Positions 22,850-36,520 are shown, numbered from the whole stretch's first letter. The stretch is DNA of 63,751 nucleotides, filler included, from Lama guanicoe (GCA_013239625.1; 204 parts of 204 records of this genome joined end to end with filler, not necessarily neighbours in it); one strand, 5' to 3'. Numbers and translations are program-made. The notes: generated from the letters alone by a model not told the origin.

Positions 22850-22960
22850 AAAAGTATATGAAAATAAACACATGTATGTAAATGCATGACTGGGATATTG
22901 TGCCGTACACCAGAAATTGACACACTGTAACTGATCGTACTTCAATTTAAAAAAAAAAGA
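22850..22960 (+). mobile_element. Camelid-type L1 3' end with poly(A)
   Basis: atgcatgactgggatattgtgccgtacaccagaaattgacacactgtaactga...ttcaatttaaaaaaaaa. Confidence 0.85.
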
Positions 22961-24727
22961 ACTAACAGGGGAAAACATATGAAATATAGACAAATAAAGC
23001 TAATTATGACAGCATATTCATCAGGAAAAGGAAGTGGGAGACAGTGGAGGACTGAAAGGGAANNNNNNNNNNNNNNNNNNNNNNNNNNNNNNNNNNNNNN
23101 NNNNNNTTAATTAATTAANNNNNNNNNNNNNNNNNNNNNNNNNNNNNNNNNNNNNNNNNNNNGGTGGGGGTGGCTGCGTGCGAGGCACAGGGGACACCTG
23201 TCTGCCTGGTCCCCCCCTCACGACTGCTGTGACCCGTGCCCCCGCCCTGACATTTTGCCTTCGTCCTGTTCTCAGCCCCCTGACGTGTGCGTGTCGTGTC
23301 CAGACTCTCCTTCTGGTCCCGCCTCGCCTTGTCCGTGTGCCAGCACCACGGTCTTATCCGCTGAAACTTCATGCTNNNNNNNNNNNNNNNNNNNNNNNNN
23401 NNNNNNNNNNNNNNNNNNNTTAATTAATTAANNNNNNNNNNNNNNNNNNNNNNNNNNNNNNNNNNNNNNNNNNNNCAGCCTGGGAGCTCATTTCTGGGGG
23501 AACTGGGCCAGACCTGTTACTACCTTCTCCAAGGCCTCCTGGGGCTGGAGGAGAGAGTGACACAGATGGAGGGAGTTTGTGTCCCACTTCCCTATCTGTC
23601 TGTGTCACTGTGAGCATTATAACCACTGCTGTCATATGCCTGACAGTAATAGTCGGCCTCGTCCTCAGCCTGGGCCCCGCTGATGGTCNNNNNNNNNNNN
23701 NNNNNNNNNNNNNNNNNNNNNNNNNNNNNNNNTTAATTAATTAANNNNNNNNNNNNNNNNNNNNNNNNNNNNNNNNNNNNNNNNNNNNGTGGAGGTGGGG
23801 AGGTCGCTTAGGTGGAAGTTCGAGGGCCAGCTCTGCCATGCCCTGTCACTGCACAAGCAGAGAGCAGGCACCCTCTTTCTGGGGCCTGGCTAGACTCCCC
23901 TCTGAAGGGGTCGAGGTGCCTGAGGACAAAGCAAGCAAGGTCTCAGGAGGCGGCCCCCGGTGAGCCTCCCTGGGCCGCGGGCGGAGGCTGGCGTGAACAG
24001 CNNNNNNNNNNNNNNNNNNNNNNNNNNNNNNNNNNNNNNNNNNNNTTAATTAATTAANNNNNNNNNNNNNNNNNNNNNNNNNNNNNNNNNNNNNNNNNNN
24101 NGAATTCTTTTAGCAAGGCAGTAGTCCTCAGGAAAACAGAATTCAAACTGCCATTTGAATGAGTATTGTCTGCACAGAATGGCAAGTTCATTAGTATGTG
24201 CGCTCACTCAGGCCATAAGGATTTCCACTCACATTAGCCTGCTCACTGGTCTGGTTCTGTGCCTCACCTTTCTGAGGCCTTCCTGAGACTCACTTCTGGT
24301 CTTGTGTGCCGATGNNNNNNNNNNNNNNNNNNNNNNNNNNNNNNNNNNNNNNNNNNNNTTAATTAATTAANNNNNNNNNNNNNNNNNNNNNNNNNNNNNN
24401 NNNNNNNNNNNNNNGCTGAAGAGGTGGGAAATCTGCTGGAGCATCTGATGGTAGGAACAGGGGCCTTCAGCCCTCTGGTTTTGGGCGATGTTGACTCCTT
24501 TCCAGGGAAGTTTGAAGCCCCTCCTGTCCTTTAGACATGAGTGGAGGGGGTCCTTTTCATCTGTCTCAAAAACCTGAGGATCTCCTTGTTTTCTAGGCTC
24601 TGGCTCTTAGGCAAGTTCCTGGCAAGANNNNNNNNNNNNNNNNNNNNNNNNNNNNNNNNNNNNNNNNNNNNTTAATTAATTAANNNNNNNNNNNNNNNNN
24701 NNNNNNNNNNNNNNNNNNNNNNNNNNN

Positions 24728-24940
24728 TCACCCTCATTAGTCATTAGGGAAATTCAAATCAAAACCCCAGTGAGATCCGACTTCTCATCCATTAAGATGA
24801 CTGTAAACAAAAAGACCCTAACACATGTTGGTGTGAATATGGAGAAACTGGAATAAGGAAAATAGTGCAGCCACTTTGGAAAACAGTTTGACAGTTTCCC
24901 AAAAAGTGAAACGCAGAGTTTATCATATGAGCCAACAATT
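24728..24940 (+). mobile_element. L1M ORF2 C-terminal fragment
   Basis: tcattagtcattagggaaattcaaatcaaaacc...agtgcagccactttggaaaacagtttgacagtt. Confidence 0.9.
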
Positions 24941-25353
24941 NNNNNNNNNNNNNNNNNNNNNNNNNNNNNNNNNNNNNNNNNNNNTTAATTAATTAANNNN
25001 NNNNNNNNNNNNNNNNNNNNNNNNNNNNNNNNNNNNNNNNGAAACACAGGATATATGTTGGGAATGCTGAGGCCAAGACTCTCTTTCCCGAGTAAGTGTG
25101 AAACCCCAGGAACTTAGGATAACCATCTGGGACTCCAAGGTGAACTGGCCTTAGGATGCAGTTGGATCTGGGGAAGACAAAGAAGTGGAGAAGAATTACC
25201 CATGTCTCTGTCACATTGCCAAGTTATTAGATCAAGGCTCACTTGAAGCCAGANNNNNNNNNNNNNNNNNNNNNNNNNNNNNNNNNNNNNNNNNNNNTTA
25301 ATTAATTAANNNNNNNNNNNNNNNNNNNNNNNNNNNNNNNNNNNNNNNNNNNN

Positions 25354-25530
25354 TTACACAGGTTATTTAATGCAATCCTGGTATCACTTTATGCTGTTAA
25401 TAACATTACTATTCTCATCTTACAGGTGAAGAAACAAGTCTGTGGCCAAAGAACATACAGCTAGCTCATGACAGCTGAACTTTGAATTCAGCTGACTCCT
25501 GCGACCATATGCTAAGTCACTACTGTATTC
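25354..25530 (-). mobile_element. MIR SINE
   Basis: attactattctcatcttacaggtgaagaaac...catacagctag...tttgaattcagctgactcc. Confidence 0.7.
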
Positions 25531-26061
25531 TGTAGACACAGGCACTGGATAACTTATTGCCAAATCNNNNNNNNNNNNNNNNNNNNNNNNNNNNNNNNNN
25601 NNNNNNNNNNTTAATTAATTAANNNNNNNNNNNNNNNNNNNNNNNNNNNNNNNNNNNNNNNNNNNNTCATCATTTCCTCTCTGTACTGCTGTGTGCTAGG
25701 CGCCATGCTCGGTGTCATGGATATAAAATATTAACGGGTCATGGAGAAAACCATTTGCCAGCAGGCACTGAGAAGACAAGGAAGGGGAAAAGGGAGCTTG
25801 ACTTCGTAGGTTCTCATTTTGGAAGGCTGCTAAAAAGGCAGCAAGCAAAGCCCGTACTCTTTGCTCTAAGTCAGCGGCGNNNNNNNNNNNNNNNNNNNNN
25901 NNNNNNNNNNNNNNNNNNNNNNNTTAATTAATTAANNNNNNNNNNNNNNNNNNNNNNNNNNNNNNNNNNNNNNNNNNNNGGAAAAAATGTGGACATTCTT
26001 GAAGTTTTTATTCTATTTTAAGTAACCTTACAAGATAATTAGTTGTTTAGTTCATTAACTT

Positions 26062-26192
26062 CTGACCAGGTGTGAAGGCAGTTCACTGGAAAAAGGACTG
26101 CCTGTGTAACAAATGATACTGGGACAACTGGATCCACATTTTAAAAAAGAGGATTATTTCCATACCTTTACAATATACAGAAATTGACTCAA
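26062..26192 (+). mobile_element. L1 ORF2 fragment
   Basis: aaggcagttcactggaaaaaggac...aacaaatgatactgggacaactggat...tatacagaaattgactcaa. Confidence 0.75.
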
Positions 26193-26292
26193 NNNNNNNN
26201 NNNNNNNNNNNNNNNNNNNNNNNNNNNNNNNNNNNNTTAATTAATTAANNNNNNNNNNNNNNNNNNNNNNNNNNNNNNNNNNNNNNNNNNNN

Positions 26293-26505
26293 AGGCGGCG
26301 GTCGGAGGAAGTGGCTGCCGCCTCGGGCGGCGAGCAGGGTCCGCCTGGCTGCAGGGCCGGGCCGCGGCGCGGGCGCAGGCTCGGCCCCGGCTCCGCTCAG
26401 CTCCGACTCGGGCCGGGGCGGCCTAGGCGGCGGCCCCAGCCCACAGGCCCCGCCCGGCCCGGCCCGCGGGGGGCGCTTACCTGGCGGCTGCCGAGGCTGC
26501 AGGCC
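26293..26505 (-). promoter_or_regulatory. CpG island with an exon end and splice donor (CAG|GTAAGC at 26481/26480)
   Basis: Very GC/CpG rich; the minus strand reads gccgccag|gtaagcgcccc. Confidence 0.6.
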
Positions 26506-27231
26506 NNNNNNNNNNNNNNNNNNNNNNNNNNNNNNNNNNNNNNNNNNNNTTAATTAATTAANNNNNNNNNNNNNNNNNNNNNNNNNNNNNNNNNNNNNNN
26601 NNNNNAATTAATACAAGGCTGTTTTTACAAATAAAATCACACGTTTTAGTATGTGTGTAGAAAACAAAATGTAGAGGAACAGAGACCCTGCTGGTGACAG
26701 TGTTTGGAACGACCTTCCTGTTCTAGACACTGATTTTTCTAATGTTTCTCTCTAATTTTTTAAAAGCAGTTATATATTACTGTAATAATGAGAAGGATAC
26801 ATAATCAAAACAAACAACNNNNNNNNNNNNNNNNNNNNNNNNNNNNNNNNNNNNNNNNNNNNTTAATTAATTAANNNNNNNNNNNNNNNNNNNNNNNNNN
26901 NNNNNNNNNNNNNNNNNNATCAACTAAATGCCATACTCTATGTTCAGATTTCCCTAGTTTTAAACCAATGTCCTTTTTCTGTTCCAGGATTCCATGTCCA
27001 CTTGGATTGTTTTTATTATTATTATCACTTTTTGTTGCAGAGACACTCAGCCAATGCCGCTCCCCAGTCCTTCCCTTTCCGGGTGTGAGCCTTCCAGGTG
27101 GTGAAACTTGTTCTCTTGGCCTTAAATTTAGNNNNNNNNNNNNNNNNNNNNNNNNNNNNNNNNNNNNNNNNNNNNTTAATTAATTAANNNNNNNNNNNNN
27201 NNNNNNNNNNNNNNNNNNNNNNNNNNNNNNN

Positions 27232-27360
27232 ACCTTAATTGATTATGACTTCATCTTAACATTATACCTGCCATGACCCTGTTTCCAAATAAAGTCACAT
27301 TTTGAGGTATGGGGCCCTGGATTTCAACCTATCTTTGGGGGGAACAAAATTCAAACCACA
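27232..27360 (-). mobile_element. MLT1 LTR 5' end
   Basis: tatgacttcatcttaac...gaccctgtttccaaataaagtcacattttgaggta...atttcaacctatctttgggggga..aattcaa. Confidence 0.85.
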
Positions 27361-27444
27361 GTACAGTCCTACACAAACTCCAGAAAAAACAGAGAAGGGA
27401 ACACTTCTCAATTCATTTTGAAGCCAGCATTATCCTTAATACTA
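27361..27444 (+). mobile_element. L1 ORF2 fragment abutting MLT1
   Basis: cctacacaaactccagaaaa...gggaacacttctcaattcattttgaagccagcattatcc. Confidence 0.75.
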
Positions 27445-30069
27445 NNNNNNNNNNNNNNNNNNNNNNNNNNNNNNNNNNNNNNNNNNNNTTAATTAATTAA
27501 NNNNNNNNNNNNNNNNNNNNNNNNNNNNNNNNNNNNNNNNNNNNGGCATCCGGGCCTCAGTTCCTCCACCCATAATCAATAAAATGGGAGTAAAACCTAC
27601 CTCATGGAGTAATGAGAACGGAACACACACACCACACCTCTAGAACGTCCTCTGTGATTTCCAGCTTGGGTTTCTTCAAAGGGAGAAACAACGACCCCTT
27701 CTGGAATGTGTGGTTCTTCCCTCCTGCCACCCTCCGCTACAGGAGCCTTGACCATATNNNNNNNNNNNNNNNNNNNNNNNNNNNNNNNNNNNNNNNNNNN
27801 NTTAATTAATTAANNNNNNNNNNNNNNNNNNNNNNNNNNNNNNNNNNNNNNNNNNNNTTATTATTTTGGTGATTACATTGCAGAGATGGCAAATAGATTT
27901 CTCTTATAGCAGCACCTTCAATATATTGGTATTGGTGACTGAAATTTTATGTTGAGAAGGATTCTGAGGGTGCATCTGAGCACAGTGAAAGTCTTTGACA
28001 AATAATAGGGAAAAAGTGAACTGTTGTTGGTCAGATAATTTGTGACTCCTAATTTTAATTATTAAAAAAANNNNNNNNNNNNNNNNNNNNNNNNNNNNNN
28101 NNNNNNNNNNNNNNTTAATTAATTAANNNNNNNNNNNNNNNNNNNNNNNNNNNNNNNNNNNNNNNNNNNNTGACACGTGAAACTAGAACCAGACTTTCCC
28201 TAAGCCACGAGTCAGAGCTTAACGAGTCCTAGAAATTCTAACAGAGGTGACAGTCTTTCCCTGCTCCCACCACCACCCCTTACCCTGCGCCCCAACACTT
28301 TCCTTCTCTTCTGCCCAAGCTGCCTCTTGCTATTCCCAAAGAATTCTTTCTAACACTTTTTGATAACTCTTGTAGCATCTCAGNNNNNNNNNNNNNNNNN
28401 NNNNNNNNNNNNNNNNNNNNNNNNNNNTTAATTAATTAANNNNNNNNNNNNNNNNNNNNNNNNNNNNNNNNNNNNNNNNNNNNTACTTCACATCCTTACA
28501 TTTCCTTTGAACATACTGGATATTAGTGGGGGGAAAAAAGAAAATTTAAGTGAAACCAGGTGAATGTAAGTGGGCATTTGTCATCTGCCCACTCGGGGGA
28601 ATGGATCTCGTCCTACAGACACCATACCACTGGCTCCTCACCTCTTGCCCCTCTTGCCCACCCTATTTAGCTTCCTTTTACTTTATTATGAAAAGTNNNN
28701 NNNNNNNNNNNNNNNNNNNNNNNNNNNNNNNNNNNNNNNNTTAATTAATTAANNNNNNNNNNNNNNNNNNNNNNNNNNNNNNNNNNNNNNNNNNNNAGTG
28801 GGCACAAGGGCGAACCTACTTCCCAGGTTAATGTGAGAACGGGGCTAGCTAACAGGTGATGATAAGGTTCTACCTCACCCCTGCCGCAGAGTGAGCGCTC
28901 CTGAGGGCTAACCTTCTCGTTCTAATTCACAGGTTCTAATCCAGGAAAAGCGCTTCGTTTCCCCAGGGCCTGTTTCTTTACCAAAACACAAAAGGACTGT
29001 GAGCGGTGANNNNNNNNNNNNNNNNNNNNNNNNNNNNNNNNNNNNNNNNNNNNTTAATTAATTAANNNNNNNNNNNNNNNNNNNNNNNNNNNNNNNNNNN
29101 NNNNNNNNNGCATGACAATCCCTGGGCTTTACCACCAAATCAGAATGGCTGACACAGAAAACAGATCATGGGACCCATAGCTAAAGGAGTAAGTGATTTG
29201 CTCAAGGTCAGAAGAATTTTGCTCCAAAAAGAGAAACAAAAACCAGAAACATCTTGACGCTTAATGCTGTTGGTTATATATCATTTTTCATTGGGGAATA
29301 AAGTTTCAATAAATTGATTATGNNNNNNNNNNNNNNNNNNNNNNNNNNNNNNNNNNNNNNNNNNNNTTAATTAATTAANNNNNNNNNNNNNNNNNNNNNN
29401 NNNNNNNNNNNNNNNNNNNNNNTTTTTTTTCAATTAGGTTATTTTAATTTCTATCAGTAGGAATTATTTTTATATCTTAGATAATATGTCGCTTTTATAT
29501 TTTTTAATATTATATCCAAACATTCTTCCTTTTATTTTTTAAATGAGATTTTTACCTCTTATAATGTCAAATCTACCTAGTATTTCTTTTTGGCCTCTAA
29601 AGTCAGTGTCTTTTTTAGGAAAGCCCTAAATATATNNNNNNNNNNNNNNNNNNNNNNNNNNNNNNNNNNNNNNNNNNNNTTAATTAATTAANNNNNNNNN
29701 NNNNNNNNNNNNNNNNNNNNNNNNNNNNNNNNNNNGGAGAAAACTAAAAGAAAAATAAAGGCAAAATCTTTATACTAAGATTAAAATGCACCCCTTTCAT
29801 TCAATGAAAGGTTTTCTGAAATCTTATAGAGTTGACTGTTGAATTGATAAGCAATTGTAACATATGTCGTAAGATTTGTCAAGACCACTAAAAACAAATG
29901 GACATCAAATGAGACATCAGACGAGAACGAAAGTGAGCAATGGCTGTANNNNNNNNNNNNNNNNNNNNNNNNNNNNNNNNNNNNNNNNNNNNTTAATTAA
30001 TTAANNNNNNNNNNNNNNNNNNNNNNNNNNNNNNNNNNNNNNNNNNNNTATGAAAGGGCTTTGTCCATG

Positions 30070-30261
30070 GTGGTCTTAGTCCATTTGTGCTGCCATAGTA
30101 AAAATACAATAAGATAATGTGTTTAGAAACAGCTTAAACTTATTGCTAACGATTCCGGAAACTGGAAGCCCAAGATCACGGTGCCAGCATGGTCGGGTCT
30201 GGCATGGACACGCTTCTTGTTTGCAGACTGCTGACATTTTGTGTGTCCTTACATGGGAGGG
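30070..30261 (-). mobile_element. MLT1A-like LTR 3' end
   Basis: gtcttagtccatttgtgctgccata...ctggaagcccaagatcacggtgccagcatggtcggg...ttgcagactgctgac. Confidence 0.85.
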
Positions 30262-30361
30262 NNNNNNNNNNNNNNNNNNNNNNNNNNNNNNNNNNNNNNN
30301 NNNNNTTAATTAATTAANNNNNNNNNNNNNNNNNNNNNNNNNNNNNNNNNNNNNNNNNNNN

Positions 30362-30574
30362 GTTCCACCAAGGGTCGGCAGCGCGTGGGTTCTAACGGAT
30401 TGACTTAGCTCGTCTGCCCTGAGGATTTTGCTAAGTTCTTGCTGCCAGTGAATGCTAGGGATCTGTGCTGTAAAGCCCAATATCAGCAGCAGCCAGCCCA
30501 AGTTTTGAGAAAGTGTTTCTCGGCCTTCCACCAAACAGGGAACACCTGTGACTGAAGAGTGCTGCGTGGAGATG
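30362..30574. repeat. Satellite-like family 1, monomer A (about 212 bp)
   Basis: Ungapped 134/182 match to 50737-50918; its last 32 nt align to 50706-50736 (circular permutation). Confidence 0.75.
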
Positions 30575-30674
30575 NNNNNNNNNNNNNNNNNNNNNNNNNN
30601 NNNNNNNNNNNNNNNNNNTTAATTAATTAANNNNNNNNNNNNNNNNNNNNNNNNNNNNNNNNNNNNNNNNNNNN

Positions 30675-30806
30675 CCAGATATATGCCCAGTAGTGGGATT
30701 GCTAGATCCTATGGTAACTCTGTTTGTAGTTTTTTTCAAGGAATCCCCATACCATCCTCCATAGAGGCTGCACCGAACTACATTCCCACCAACAGCCTAG
30801 GAGGTT
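30675..30806 (-). mobile_element. L1 ORF2 fragment with apparent 5' truncation junction
   Basis: gatatatgcccagtagtgggattgctagatc...tacattcccaccaacag, then unrelated sequence. Confidence 0.85.
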
Positions 30807-31926
30807 CTGAAAGGAAAGACTTCTGTTCTCCCTTGAGTGCTGGCTGGATCCACGGTAGCCGAGCTCTCAGTCGCCTGTGCCCAGCTCNNNNNNNNNNNNN
30901 NNNNNNNNNNNNNNNNNNNNNNNNNNNNNNNTTAATTAATTAANNNNNNNNNNNNNNNNNNNNNNNNNNNNNNNNNNNNNNNNNNNNAGCTTGACTTGGC
31001 TGGATGGTGCGTGAGGTTTGCACAATGAGGTCAGAGGCTTAGCTGGGAGGGAGAACTGGGGAAGCGGGCCGTGTGGGGCCCTGAATGAATAACCAAGAGT
31101 GGAGAGCATGCAGAAAGCAGATTTGAACCCAGGACTTGAGCCCAGGTAGCGGACTCCAGGGCACATGCTTTTAATGCCCTCCCTGCACTGCCTGATTCCT
31201 NNNNNNNNNNNNNNNNNNNNNNNNNNNNNNNNNNNNNNNNNNNNTTAATTAATTAANNNNNNNNNNNNNNNNNNNNNNNNNNNNNNNNNNNNNNNNNNNN
31301 AAGAGAAAAGTTGAGTTGGGGTAAACCTCATTTTCAGATTTTTGTAATGATACTTCTGAGTTGTTAATCAGTGACTTGGTCTGCATATCTATAATCTCCC
31401 CTTGATCCTCCTGCTTAGCCATTGCCTGGAAACTCAGCAGAATCTACCTCCATTGAAGCAATCAAGTGCACATAAGCTTCAGACACGCTCTTATCATGTC
31501 ATTCATCCATCAGNNNNNNNNNNNNNNNNNNNNNNNNNNNNNNNNNNNNNNNNNNNNTTAATTAATTAANNNNNNNNNNNNNNNNNNNNNNNNNNNNNNN
31601 NNNNNNNNNNNNNCTAAATAAACAAACAAACAAATCTAGTTACCTCCCCCCCACCAAAAAAAAAAAACACACCTAAAAAAAAATCTAAAAAAAAGATTTT
31701 CTAAAAAAAAAACCACAAAAAAATTTAAAATATTCATCATAACCAAGAGTTAAAGAAATGCAAAGTAAACAAGACATAGATACCTTTTACCATTGTCAAA
31801 AAACTAATTTAAAATAATAATAATAANNNNNNNNNNNNNNNNNNNNNNNNNNNNNNNNNNNNNNNNNNNNTTAATTAATTAANNNNNNNNNNNNNNNNNN
31901 NNNNNNNNNNNNNNNNNNNNNNNNNN

Positions 31927-32139
31927 TACTCTGGCAACCACCAGTCTGTTCTCTGTATCTATAAACTTGATGGGGTTTTTTGTTTTGTTTTGTGTTCTGG
32001 TTTGTTTGGGTTTTTTTTCTCACATCTAAGTGAAATCATATGGTATTTGTCTTCCTCTGACTTATGTCACTTAGCATTATATCCTCAAGGTTCATCCATG
32101 TTGTTGAGAATGGTAAGATTTCACTCCTTTTTATGGCTG
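31927..32139 (-). mobile_element. L1MA-type 3' UTR fragment
   Basis: ctctggcaaccaccagtctgttctctgtatcta...aagtgaaatcatatggtatttgtc...aggttcatccatgttg. Confidence 0.9.
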
Positions 32140-33804
32140 NNNNNNNNNNNNNNNNNNNNNNNNNNNNNNNNNNNNNNNNNNNNTTAATTAATTAANNNNN
32201 NNNNNNNNNNNNNNNNNNNNNNNNNNNNNNNNNNNNNNNTATTCTTAAGCTTTTTCCAGTGCTTCCCTCAGAGAAATCAGTGGAATCCTCCTTTCTCTAA
32301 CGATGGGCGATGGCTTAAGGAGGCCCAGGTGCTCATGCTGCCCAACCCGGTGCTCAGACTCATCCACTGTTAAATCAGGAGGGTGAGCCGCTGGGACCTT
32401 ACGTTTGACACCGGCGTCTGCAGCCCACTTTCTGAAATGTCATAGCTGAAATNNNNNNNNNNNNNNNNNNNNNNNNNNNNNNNNNNNNNNNNNNNNTTAA
32501 TTAATTAANNNNNNNNNNNNNNNNNNNNNNNNNNNNNNNNNNNNNNNNNNNNCAACCAAGTGGTCCTAGATCCTGAACATTGTTGCACTCGGCCACAAAG
32601 AGGACTTGTTGGCAAAGAAGGGTCGGTCACATGGTAGACAGTGTCAGAAACACTGTCCCTCATACGCACATGAAATCCTCAAAATTCAAGGCAAGGAAAT
32701 AATGCTGCATCTTTCCCAGGGTACACATGGCCTTAATAGAAAACATGAAGTCCATTCGCAGCTGANNNNNNNNNNNNNNNNNNNNNNNNNNNNNNNNNNN
32801 NNNNNNNNNTTAATTAATTAANNNNNNNNNNNNNNNNNNNNNNNNNNNNNNNNNNNNNNNNNNNNTCACCTTTTAAAGTTATACTCTCTGTGCTATTAAT
32901 GAGAATATTGCCTTCATTTTCAACAATTAATTTACTGCTGTTAACGATTCTGGAGGTTTGCCTGTAACAGTGTGAAAAAGCCGAACCAGGTCATATTTGT
33001 TGAATCAGTGTCTTTGCACTACTAAATTCTGCACTACTAAATTCTGAATTTTAGTTAATGACATGAATATTAGCATTCNNNNNNNNNNNNNNNNNNNNNN
33101 NNNNNNNNNNNNNNNNNNNNNNTTAATTAATTAANNNNNNNNNNNNNNNNNNNNNNNNNNNNNNNNNNNNNNNNNNNNCTAGAAGAGTGACTTGTTTTGC
33201 AGGTCAAGTGGAAGTGGGTTTCAGGATCCAGAGTTAACTATAAGACTTGCTGTACGCGTAACCTTAGAAACTGGCAGCAAGTCTTAGATTACAACCATAA
33301 GGTGAGAGGAAGATCAATTATATTAGAATTGACTGTGTCTCTTATTACGTTTTATAATTTAGTTTTCATCTAAAGCATTTTCAGCTCTTTTNNNNNNNNN
33401 NNNNNNNNNNNNNNNNNNNNNNNNNNNNNNNNNNNTTAATTAATTAANNNNNNNNNNNNNNNNNNNNNNNNNNNNNNNNNNNNNNNNNNNNAGTGATGTT
33501 GACACATGTTCACTCAAAAAACGTGATGTTTCCATCAAAGCATTTAGGGGGAGTAAATTCCTCCCCATGTGATGCCTCCTTGGAAAAATAGGGTAAATTT
33601 ACTCGAACAAGCAATGAGACTTGGTCAGCACTTCTCTTTCTTGGTTGTCATGGTGCCAAGTCCCGGGTGAGCCCAGCACGGTGTTCCAGGGAGAGTGCTA
33701 TCAANNNNNNNNNNNNNNNNNNNNNNNNNNNNNNNNNNNNNNNNNNNNTTAATTAATTAANNNNNNNNNNNNNNNNNNNNNNNNNNNNNNNNNNNNNNNN
33801 NNNN

Positions 33805-34017
33805 CCGCCGGGCGGCGCCGCACGCGTGCACCCTGCTGACTCCTCCCAGGTCCTGTGCGCTTCCCGCCGGGGACACCGCCCACTCCCGGCCCTGCAGACC
33901 CACTTCCCCGCTTGGGTGAGGTCAGGTGCACGCCGTGCATCCTGCGCTGGTGACCCCAGCCTGGATCTGCGGCCTCTGCTAGGCCGGCGAACGGATTCCT
34001 GCCGCAGGCTCACTGCG
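33805..34017. promoter_or_regulatory. CpG island fragment
   Basis: High GC and many CpGs; no recognisable coding signature. Confidence 0.55.
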
Positions 34018-36163
34018 NNNNNNNNNNNNNNNNNNNNNNNNNNNNNNNNNNNNNNNNNNNNTTAATTAATTAANNNNNNNNNNNNNNNNNNNNNNNNNNN
34101 NNNNNNNNNNNNNNNNNGGCAGCCACATGTGTAATTGTGTGCTATAACACGTAGTTCTTAAAACGTGTATTGTTTCTTTAAAAGCTCTTTTTAAATTAAC
34201 AAGAAATTAGTATTTTTAGCAGCAAATTTTTGTTTTGAAGTACTTACTTTCCTCCTTTTAGTCCTCAAATGTAGATTAACTTTATAATTTCATTACAGAC
34301 ATGATGACAAAAATCTGAAATATCATGTACNNNNNNNNNNNNNNNNNNNNNNNNNNNNNNNNNNNNNNNNNNNNTTAATTAATTAANNNNNNNNNNNNNN
34401 NNNNNNNNNNNNNNNNNNNNNNNNNNNNNNGGTATATGATATAGCTTGAATCTTAAATCAGGAAAGAGAAAATGGGGTCAGCTACATGAAGATATCATTT
34501 TTTACTTATCAGCCTAGTAAACTTCAAAAGTTATATAGCTCTGTAAGGCCGTGGGAAGCTAGGTCCTCATATATTGCTGGTAGGTGTCCAGGTGGCTGCA
34601 GCATCTGTGAAAGACGACTTGGCAATATGTTTTCTTTTTTTTTNNNNNNNNNNNNNNNNNNNNNNNNNNNNNNNNNNNNNNNNNNNNTTAATTAATTAAN
34701 NNNNNNNNNNNNNNNNNNNNNNNNNNNNNNNNNNNNNNNNNNNTATAGAGAAAAAAATCTTTTGGCAGGATAATCTGTTGACATGTTGATTTATTGAGAT
34801 ATTAACACTGAAACGATAATTCATTTAATATTAACGAATTAATCATTTTCCTCTCGCATCCCCACCCATTTCAAGGTAGCTCCGGTTTTTAATTTCTGGT
34901 GAAATGCACATATTAAAAAAAAGTCCAAGTATTTTGTAAAGCTCTTTTTAAACTCTNNNNNNNNNNNNNNNNNNNNNNNNNNNNNNNNNNNNNNNNNNNN
35001 TTAATTAATTAANNNNNNNNNNNNNNNNNNNNNNNNNNNNNNNNNNNNNNNNNNNNGTGGTAGCATGAATCAGAGCAAAAATGACTAAAGAATGTTTTTT
35101 ACTTTACTTAATGTTAGCAAGCCTTTGAATTTTGCGTCTGTTGGCTCCTCCTGCACCTACATAGTAGTCTTTTTCTCACTTTTCCCTGTTCAGTCCAAGT
35201 GAATTTATTTTATTCTCCAGGAGAAAAGAGTCCTATTAATATTTGCTTTCAAAATTAAAAAAAAAAACCNNNNNNNNNNNNNNNNNNNNNNNNNNNNNNN
35301 NNNNNNNNNNNNNTTAATTAATTAANNNNNNNNNNNNNNNNNNNNNNNNNNNNNNNNNNNNNNNNNNNNGTCAAAACATGAAAATATGCTGATACCCCTA
35401 TTTGCAAGGCGAAAATAATTCTGTTTATGTTGCCTTCCTTCTCTCTTCCATTTGTTTGGGTTTTATGTAAATGTTGCTGAAGGAAACCTGACATCCATGA
35501 CGGCAGGAGGGGCAATGTAAATGCTGCAGGCAAGATGGGATTGTTTTGAGTTCATGCTTCTTAGGAACTACCTGATTTTTGGNNNNNNNNNNNNNNNNNN
35601 NNNNNNNNNNNNNNNNNNNNNNNNNNTTAATTAATTAANNNNNNNNNNNNNNNNNNNNNNNNNNNNNNNNNNNNNNNNNNNNTTCTTGGACTCTGTAAAA
35701 CAGAAGAAAAGAGGTATTTGGCTGTGAACACATGCTTCCCTTCAAGAAAAGGGAAGAAGAGACCCCCAAAGGCAATGCATAGCTTATCAGGGCTGTGGAT
35801 CCCACCACAGGCCCAGGAACCTCAGAATCAAAGTGCGGGAGTGTTGCTGTCACAGAGCATCATGGTGTAGCAGAGACCTTACAGAGAGATGGAATNNNNN
35901 NNNNNNNNNNNNNNNNNNNNNNNNNNNNNNNNNNNNNNNTTAATTAATTAANNNNNNNNNNNNNNNNNNNNNNNNNNNNNNNNNNNNNNNNNNNNATAGG
36001 AGAATCAGTATGTGTGCTATTTATCTACCAACTCTGCTTAAACACTCAGAATCATTGCCCTGGTAAAAGAAAGAGGTGGCATAAGCCCGAGAGACCAGGG
36101 AAGCAGGGATCATCCTGTCCTGGATCTAACAGAGAAGAAAATCCATGGTAATTCTGTGGTCTC

Positions 36164-36207
36164 TTTTTTTTTTAACATTTTTTATTGATTTATAATCATT
36201 TTACAAT
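36164..36207 (-). mobile_element. Young camelid-type L1 extreme 3' end (poly-T side)
   Basis: T-run followed by aacatttttttattgatttataatcattttacaat. Confidence 0.75.
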
Positions 36208-36307
36208 NNNNNNNNNNNNNNNNNNNNNNNNNNNNNNNNNNNNNNNNNNNNTTAATTAATTAANNNNNNNNNNNNNNNNNNNNNNNNNNNNNNNNNNNNN
36301 NNNNNNN

Positions 36308-36520
36308 GCCGGCTTGTGGCCCTCCTCTGGCTGCTGCTGCCACCCGCAGCCACCCCTGCGCTGCGGGGGGTCCTCCGCCAGGGCCTTGGCGCCCAGCCGG
36401 GCGGGCCCCAGGCGCGGGGCGGCCGGTGGAGGCGGTGCTCTGACCCCTGACGCGCAGCCTTTGGCTCTGGAGGCGCAGGTGCCTTGGGGCCTCAGTGCGG
36501 GGCGGGGTCGGGTTACAAAG
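36308..36520. promoter_or_regulatory. CpG island fragment
   Basis: High GC/CpG with GGGGCGGGG boxes. Confidence 0.55.

Noticed and set aside
33015..33044. 15-bp tandem duplication TGCACTACTAAATTC x2
   Set aside because: Ordinary local duplication.
36310..36450. Signal-peptide-like frame RLVALLWLLLPPAATPA
   Set aside because: No start codon in the contig, an early stop, and GC-rich DNA yields such frames by chance.
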